Below are positions 58,196 to 64,000 of a DNA stretch of 64,000 nucleotides, piece by piece. The notes below the pieces were generated by a model. That model made no database searches. It saw only the letters and a list, made by a program, of their open reading frames with translations, and was not told where the DNA came from. Within the stretch, counting starts at the first letter, position 1. Each line of letters begins with the position of its first letter. A program made the translations under genes and the position numbers. This stretch comes from Daejeonella sp. (GTDB lineage: Bacteria > Bacteroidota > Bacteroidia > Sphingobacteriales > Sphingobacteriaceae), in contig NZ_JBBJNI010000003.1 in the NCBI RefSeq assembly GCF_037719425.1, positions 563 to 64,562 on the forward strand, in the 5' to 3' direction.

Positions 58196-58711
58196 TTATT
58201 TATTCACCACGCTTATAATATCGGCAACTTTACTGTTCTGGCCAAAGTATTTAATTAATCGAAGGCTAGAATCATAAACATAGGTGGCCGGAAACTGAAC
58301 TGGGCGGAAACGGACAATAAATTGCCGGTTTGAATCTCTCAGTAGAGTCACATTCGTTCTTCCATTCATATTAGGAGCAAATTTTTTCATGAAAGTTTGG
58401 ATGGATGCTGCATTATCCATAGACACCAGATAAAATTCCGCATTTTTAAAGCTATCTATCTTCTGGGAAACAGCTCTCAGTTCGTTCTGACAGTGATCGC
58501 ATGTAACATCAAAAAAGACAATAACTACCTTCTTGTTTTTGGCCAGGTTCTTCCTTGAAAAAGACTGTCCATTAAGCCTGATAAATGTAAAATCAGGAAT
58601 AATTTGAGCGGGACCACTTTGAGCATAAATTTCGCGGGTTAGACACGTAAACATTAATGTAAAACATACGAGCTTAAAGATGCGAGATCTGGCTTTGAAG
58701 GTCATTATCAT
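58196..58711 (-). CDS. Redoxin / thioredoxin-fold exported protein (TlpA/AhpC-like)
   Basis: Signal peptide; PDFTF, FFDVTCDHC (CxxC), FPATYVY. Confidence 0.85.
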   Translation of the reverse strand: MIMTFKARSRIFKLVCFTLMFTCLTREIYAQSGPAQIIPDFTFIRLNGQSFSRKNLAKNKKVVIVFFDVTCDHCQNELRAVSQKIDSFKNAEFYLVSMDNAASIQTFMKKFAPNMNGRTNVTLLRDSNRQFIVRFRPVQFPATYVYDSSLRLIKYFGQNSKVADIISVVNK

Positions 58712-59145
58712 ATTTTATTAGTGCTGAAAATCATTTGACTGAAAATCACTATATTAATTTAAATTATAAAGGGATACATTATCATATGATTACCTATTCA
58801 TTAAGTTTTCGTAAAGATTAATGTCATCTAATACTATTAATTGGCAAATTAATTTATATATAGGAGGATGTAATGATAAATTAGGAACGGCGCATCTAAG
58901 ATCCATGCTAAATATAACATTTTAGAAACAAAAAGAAGGTTGATAAATAATTGGTAACCAGAGTTGGTGCCCAGAAAGTAATTAGAAAAAATAAAAAGAA
59001 ACATGGCTAAAATTGTCAGCCAGTAAAGATTTAAAAGAACCAGTAATTAATTTCGACGCGCAAAGGTCCCGCAAAGGATGTGAAACAAGACAATACCTGC
59101 TTACCGACCGATGCCAGACCTTTGGAATATTTGCGATAAAAAACT

Positions 59146-59466
59146 TTAAGCCTCATCCATATATACCCTGCCACCCTGGCCGTCGGTATAATAGTTTCTC
59201 TTATACATATCGGTAAAAACGTCTTCACCATTCGGCCCCTTCATACCAGGCATTAACGTGTCTTTAACGTTATCAACAAACTGGTTGAACTTGTCTTTCC
59301 AACCCTTATTTGCTTCTGCAAATTCATTAAGTTTATCGGACCAACCCTTGCTTGCTTCTGTCAGGTCATCTAATAAAGTAGACCCGTCTGCTTTTTTGTG
59401 TGTTAATACTTTATAGGCTACTCCTGCTACTGCGGCAAGTCCTAATATTGTGGTCATTTTCTTCAT
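59146..59466 (-). CDS. Small membrane-anchored protein (YtxH-like)
   Basis: From ATG 59466: hydrophobic LGLAAVAGVAY, then an amphipathic repeat (EASKGWSDKLNEF / EANKGWKDKFNQF). The ORF-track start at 59538 runs into a repeat. Confidence 0.6.
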   Translation of the reverse strand: MKKMTTILGLAAVAGVAYKVLTHKKADGSTLLDDLTEASKGWSDKLNEFAEANKGWKDKFNQFVDNVKDTLMPGMKGPNGEDVFTDMYKRNYYTDGQGGRVYMDEA

Positions 59467-59532
59467 GGCTATGTTTTTCTTTATAAACACTGCTTTAGAT
59501 AGGATGGTTTTAAAAAAGGGAAAATGTTCTTT

Positions 59533-59642
59533 GAGCAAGGAATAAAGAGCAAGGAATAAAGACTGGAAACATACAGAGTGGAACCGGGGGCGAAATCACC
59601 TCTCCGACGAAGTCTTAATTCTTGATTCTTGGCTCTTGACTC
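59533..59642. repeat. Inverted arrays of 7-bp repeats
   Basis: Left arm GAGCAAG GAATAAA GAGCAAG GAATAAA GACT (59533-59564); right arm (59611-59642) reverse-complements to GAGTCAA GAGCCAA GAATCAA GAATTAA GACT. Confidence 0.7.
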
Positions 59643-59646
59643 TATT

Positions 59647-60645
59647 TTACGTCAGTTGCTCCGAAAGCAATTTCATTTCAATTTGCGGTGAATGGCCTTC
59701 ATAGAGAATAGTATACACAGCGTGACAGATGGGAATATTAACTTTATAGGTTTTATTGATCTGATGAAGGCACAAAACGGCATAATATCCTTCAGCAATC
59801 ATATTCATTTCCAATTGAGCCGATTTTACCGTGTAGCCTTTCCCTATCATGTTGCCAAACGTACGATTGCGGCTGAATTGGGAATAAGCGGTTACCATCA
59901 AGTCCCCTAGATAAGCCGATTCTTTTATATCCCTGTTAATGGGATGTACAGCACGAACAAATGCTTCGATCTCACGGATTGCGTTAGAAATAAGCACCGC
60001 CTGAAAATTGTCACCATATCCAACACCGTGACAGATACCACTTGCTACAGCGTAAATGTTTTTAAGAACGGCTGCATACTCAGTTCCATAAATATCATCC
60101 GACACAATGGTTTTGATGTATCGCGTATTGAGCATAGCAGCGAAAGAGCCAGCCAAGTCCAGATTCTGGCACGCAATAGTTAGATATGATAATTTTTCAA
60201 GCGCTACTTCTTCCGCATGGCAGGGACCGCTTATTACCAAAATATCATCGAAGGGGATACCATAATTCCTGTTCATAAATTCGCCTATGATCAGGTTATC
60301 ATCCGGTACTATTCCCTTAATTGCGGAAATGATCTTTTTCCCTTTTAAATCGTCTGCTGTTATTCCTTTTAATGCTTCTTTTAAAAAAGCTGCAGGAACA
60401 TTCAGAAGAACCATATTACAATGGGCTATAATTTCTTTGAGATCGCTGCTTAGATTTTCATTTGGGAGCCGTGTCTCAACAGAGCTCAGGTAGTGCGGAT
60501 TGTGATTGTATTTTTTTATGTGTTCGATAGCTTCGGTATTCCGCATCCACCAATAAACATCCTTATCCACAAGGTTGTCACCTAATATTTTAACTATAGC
60601 TGTCGCCCAACTTCCTCCACCAACAATTGCTATACTATTTTTCAT
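59647..60645 (-). CDS. gpsA: NAD(P)H-dependent glycerol-3-phosphate dehydrogenase
   Basis: GGGSWATA, IKG, SGPCHAEEV, LKNIYA, GYGDN, YLGDL.VT.YS.FSRNR.FG, AEG. Confidence 0.95.
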   Translation of the reverse strand: MKNSIAIVGGGSWATAIVKILGDNLVDKDVYWWMRNTEAIEHIKKYNHNPHYLSSVETRLPNENLSSDLKEIIAHCNMVLLNVPAAFLKEALKGITADDLKGKKIISAIKGIVPDDNLIIGEFMNRNYGIPFDDILVISGPCHAEEVALEKLSYLTIACQNLDLAGSFAAMLNTRYIKTIVSDDIYGTEYAAVLKNIYAVASGICHGVGYGDNFQAVLISNAIREIEAFVRAVHPINRDIKESAYLGDLMVTAYSQFSRNRTFGNMIGKGYTVKSAQLEMNMIAEGYYAVLCLHQINKTYKVNIPICHAVYTILYEGHSPQIEMKLLSEQLT

Positions 60646-60656
60646 CCGATTTATAT

Positions 60657-60698
60657 AAACAAAAATCCCTCCCTAAAAGCCAGGCTTTCAGGGAGGGA
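60657..60698 (-). terminator. Intrinsic terminator-like hairpin after the efflux adaptor gene
   Basis: Minus strand reads TCCCTCCCTGAAAGC CTG GCTTTTAGGGAGGGA, then TTTTTGTTT. Confidence 0.72.
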
Positions 60699-60720
60699 CA
60701 AGTTAACGATTTCTCAGAAA

Positions 60721-62088
60721 TTACTTCTTAGCTTCGCTTGCAAAAAGCTTGTCCTTATCTACCTTTTCAACCATAGCCCCATCCTTAAGCCCCTTGGAGA
60801 TAGCAGTAAATGGTCCTGAGACTATCTCTTCGTTGCCTTTAAGGCCGGTTTTGATTAAGATATAGGTATCATCCTGAATGCCGGTAGTAACCCGCACCTG
60901 CTTTACTTTGCCTCCGCTGTACACAAATACATATTCTTTAACGGGTTCAGTGTCCTTTTTCTTTTCTTTATCAGCATTTGCACCTGAAGCAGGAGGGCCA
61001 GAATTTGTTTCGGGTTTAGCTTCTTTCTTTTCTTCACGTGTAGTTACCGATTGGATAGGCACTGCAACTCCCTTAAACTCCTCGGTCTGAATATCTACCG
61101 TTGCAGATAGTCCAGGGCGGAATGGAGAAGGGTTGGCGCTATCCGCACGAATAAGCTTTTGATATGAATCCGGCAGGATCCGAATCTTCACAGTAAAGTT
61201 TGTTACCTGATCAGTTGAAGTTCCAACAACATTGGAAGAACTTGCTATCTCGGTTACCTCGCCTTTAAACTTTTGATTCTGGAAGGCATCGACCTCTATT
61301 TCAGCACCATCTCCTACTGACACACGGTTTATATCGCTTTCATTAACATCTACGCTAACTTCCATTGAACTGAGGTTAGAAATTCTCATAATTTCAGTAC
61401 CTGCCATTTGAGATGTACCCAAAATCCTGTCACCAAGCTCAACAGACAATTTCGAGATCACGCCATCAGTTGGTGCGTAGATTGTGGTTTTAGCAAGATT
61501 AGCTCCAGCTTCTTTAACTACAGCGTTTGACTGCTCAACCCCAAATCTGGATCCCACAACATTTTGACGTACAGCTCCAAGGTTAGCACGTGCTGCTTCA
61601 TATTCCGCCTTTACAGCATCAAACTCCGCCGCCGAAACAACCTTTTTGGAAAACAACTCCTGATTCCGTTTATACTTTGCAGTAGTATTGGTAAAGTTAG
61701 CCTCTGCTTGTTTAAGTGATTGTTGTGAACCCGCAAGAGACGCACGCTGACTGTTCAATGAAGCAACCGCACGATCGTACCCTGACTGAAGTACATCAGG
61801 ACGAACTTTACACAACAGTTGGCCTCTTTTAACAACATCCCCTTCTTTCACAAGTAGCTGCACTACTTCACCAGAAACCTCCGCGCTTAATTTAACCTCA
61901 ACTTCGGGCTGGACCTTTCCACTTGCTGAAACGGTTTCCACAATTGTTCTTGAAGTTGCCTTTTCTACAGCAATCTGAACGGATTCGCTTTTACCGAACC
62001 AGCCGAGCTTGCTTCCGGCCACTGCTATCACTAACAGCACTCCTGCTCCAATAAGCACATACTTTAATGTATTATTTTTCTTTGCCAT
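60721..62088 (-). CDS. Efflux periplasmic adaptor subunit (MacA/HlyD family)
   Basis: N-terminal TM anchor, SASGKVQP, VKEGDVVK lipoyl half-motifs, coiled coil, IYAPTDG, FRPGLSA. Confidence 0.92.
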   Translation of the reverse strand: MAKKNNTLKYVLIGAGVLLVIAVAGSKLGWFGKSESVQIAVEKATSRTIVETVSASGKVQPEVEVKLSAEVSGEVVQLLVKEGDVVKRGQLLCKVRPDVLQSGYDRAVASLNSQRASLAGSQQSLKQAEANFTNTTAKYKRNQELFSKKVVSAAEFDAVKAEYEAARANLGAVRQNVVGSRFGVEQSNAVVKEAGANLAKTTIYAPTDGVISKLSVELGDRILGTSQMAGTEIMRISNLSSMEVSVDVNESDINRVSVGDGAEIEVDAFQNQKFKGEVTEIASSSNVVGTSTDQVTNFTVKIRILPDSYQKLIRADSANPSPFRPGLSATVDIQTEEFKGVAVPIQSVTTREEKKEAKPETNSGPPASGANADKEKKKDTEPVKEYVFVYSGGKVKQVRVTTGIQDDTYILIKTGLKGNEEIVSGPFTAISKGLKDGAMVEKVDKDKLFASEAKK

Positions 62089-62119
62089 GTTTGTTTTATA
62101 AGGGGGAAGTTTTTTCTAA

Positions 62120-63469
62120 TTAAAAGGTTATTGGGTTTCCAAGATAATAATCAATCACCTTGCTTCTGAAAATCAGATCATAACGTGCCTGGATCTGATC
62201 GAATTGTGCTTTATTTAAGTTTGTCTGCGCTTGATTAAAATCAAGTGAATTTACCAAACCTACCGCATATCGCTGTTCAATTACATTGAATGCATCTCTT
62301 GACGATTCGAACGCTACCTGAGCTGAAGCATATCTCTTTTCAGCTGCTCGAAGGTCGTACACAGCCTGATTAATAACTTTATTGAGGTTATTTTTTGCAA
62401 GCTGCTCATTAACTTCGCCATTCAGCAAGTTGATTTTGGCTCTCCTCACCGCAGACCTTGCTGAGAATCCGTTAAATATGGGTATGCTTAGTCCGAATCC
62501 TATAAACTGGTTAAAATTATCTTGTACCTGACTTGCAAAAGATGTATTGCTAAAGGACCCGTTAGAATAACGTGTGCCCATCCCTGTCTGTAAATTCAAG
62601 GAAGGATAATAACCACTCTTGGCGATGTCTATTTCCTTCTGCAAAACCAGTTTCCTCAATTCCGCTAACTTAATATCCGGAAAGTTTGCTGATGCAGATT
62701 TATATACTTCCGCAGCAGAATAGGCGGTGTTTACTGTTGCCACGTCATTTACCGCAGGTTTTTCAACCTCAAAAGGCACGGAGGGGTCGCGCTCAAGTAA
62801 TTGCGCCAGGTTTAAGAATGAAAGGTCAACCTGGTTCTGAGCATTAGTAACATTTAGTTCAGCCGTTGCTACCTGAGATTTTGACTGCGAAAGGTCAGCA
62901 AGAGTACGATTTCCAACATCAAAAAACTTTTGCTCGATGTCCAGTTGTTGTCTGGATATATCTAACTGCTGTCTGGCGGCGGTCAAAAGATCCTGCGAAT
63001 TTAGCACCGTTAAATAATTTGTTACTACCGCGAGCACAAGGTCATTTTTCACCTTCTGGGTAAAGCTCTTATCAGCATCTAGCTGAAGTTTGTTTTGAGA
63101 AATTATATTTATCCGCTGAAATCCTCCGAACAATGGAGTATTAGATGATATATTCCCATTAGTTGAAGTAATACCTTGATTAACAAATTGATTTGTCAAA
63201 GGATCTATACTTCGGCCGAAATTAAAGTTAAGGCTGGTATTTGCGTTCAGGGTTGGAAATAAGGAATATTTCGATTGCCTGAGGTTCTCATCAGAGATAG
63301 CTTCTGAAAACTGGGCTTGCTTAATCTGAAGGTTGTTTTCAACTACAAGTTCCGTTGCCCTCTTTAAAGTGATCTTTTCCTGCGCCTGAAGACTAACTGA
63401 GCTTAAGATCAATAAGGTCACCACTAAAACAGAGTATTTTGAAAATCCTGTTAGGTTTTTTTGTTTCAT
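62120..63469 (-). CDS. TolC-family outer-membrane efflux protein
   Basis: ENNLQIK, FPTL, PDIK, YYPSL, IPIFNG, RYAVG repeats; start placed at ATG 63469 (ORF track 63490). Confidence 0.92.
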   Translation of the reverse strand: MKQKNLTGFSKYSVLVVTLLILSSVSLQAQEKITLKRATELVVENNLQIKQAQFSEAISDENLRQSKYSLFPTLNANTSLNFNFGRSIDPLTNQFVNQGITSTNGNISSNTPLFGGFQRINIISQNKLQLDADKSFTQKVKNDLVLAVVTNYLTVLNSQDLLTAARQQLDISRQQLDIEQKFFDVGNRTLADLSQSKSQVATAELNVTNAQNQVDLSFLNLAQLLERDPSVPFEVEKPAVNDVATVNTAYSAAEVYKSASANFPDIKLAELRKLVLQKEIDIAKSGYYPSLNLQTGMGTRYSNGSFSNTSFASQVQDNFNQFIGFGLSIPIFNGFSARSAVRRAKINLLNGEVNEQLAKNNLNKVINQAVYDLRAAEKRYASAQVAFESSRDAFNVIEQRYAVGLVNSLDFNQAQTNLNKAQFDQIQARYDLIFRSKVIDYYLGNPITF

Positions 63470-63573
63470 ATAATTGTTAAACAACATCAAAATGGTTAGA
63501 ATTCCCCCGATAAAATTAATACTATAAATTACTTAACATATTTATCTTCGTGATAAATTAATATAAAAGCGAT

Positions 63574-64000
63574 TTGTATCTCACAAACTCTCCGTTTTGG
63601 CTGCAATGGTTATACCCCACACTCACCTGGCATAAAAACCGGAAAGAAAAATATGTTTATCTGACTTTTGACGATGGACCTATACCTGTTGTTACACCAT
63701 TTGTATTAAATACACTAAAAAACTTTAATGTTCAGGCCACGTTCTTTTGCATTGGTGATAATGTAAGCAACTATCCGGAAATATATAACGACGTCTTATC
63801 CAACGGTCACACTGTCGGCAACCACACCTTCAATCATCTTAAGGGATGGAAGACCCCGGATACAGAATATTTGTTGGATATAGAAAAATGCGCCAGCCTG
63901 GTCAAACCAAATCTTTTCAGGCCTCCTTACGGGAGAATAAAAAAATCACAGATCAGCAAACTGAAGTTAATAATACCCGATATTGAAATCATCATGTGGG
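63574..64000 (+). CDS. Polysaccharide deacetylase (CE4/NodB); 3' end outside the window
   Basis: Not in ORF track. From TTG 63574: MYLTNSPFWLQWLYP...VYLTFDDGP...ATFFCIG...GNHTFNH...FRPPYG. Confidence 0.92.
   Translation, partial: MYLTNSPFWLQWLYPTLTWHKNRKEKYVYLTFDDGPIPVVTPFVLNTLKNFNVQATFFCIGDNVSNYPEIYNDVLSNGHTVGNHTFNHLKGWKTPDTEYLLDIEKCASLVKPNLFRPPYGRIKKSQISKLKLIIPDIEIIMW

Noticed and set aside
422-63063. Numerous 60-170 aa ORFs overlapping long genes
   Set aside because: They are antisense or off-frame shadows of well-supported CDSs, with no recognisable motifs.

Overview
Bacteroidota genomic DNA, probably Sphingobacteriaceae-like (inferred from gene content and TAnnTTTG-type promoter elements). 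Positions 1 to ~55800 form a carbohydrate-utilisation region, almost all on the minus strand. It has four SusC/SusD pairs (one downstream of ECF sigma/FecR genes, one single pair, one tandem susC-susD-susC-susD), a divergent LacI regulator and nagA/nagB. Its enzymes are mostly Tat-exported oxidoreductases, esterases and unknown-function families, and no classical glycoside hydrolase was recognised. A recurrent LacI-type operator (CGATAACGTTATCG, usually as two copies overlapping by CG) lies upstream of six transcription units across ~28 kb. Other signals not in the ORF track: a candidate antisense sRNA in front of the ECF-linked susC, a DoxX pseudogene, and a SusD C-terminal remnant marking a decayed duplicate of the left-hand locus. 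The ORF track also hides a doubly frameshifted M19 dipeptidase and an internally deleted SMP-30 lactonase. From 56234 onward the genes look like core genome (DEAD-box helicase, redoxin, gpsA, efflux adaptor, TolC, CE4 deacetylase). I saw no rRNA, tRNA, CRISPR array, integrase or transposase. All family calls are from motif recognition by eye, not database searches.
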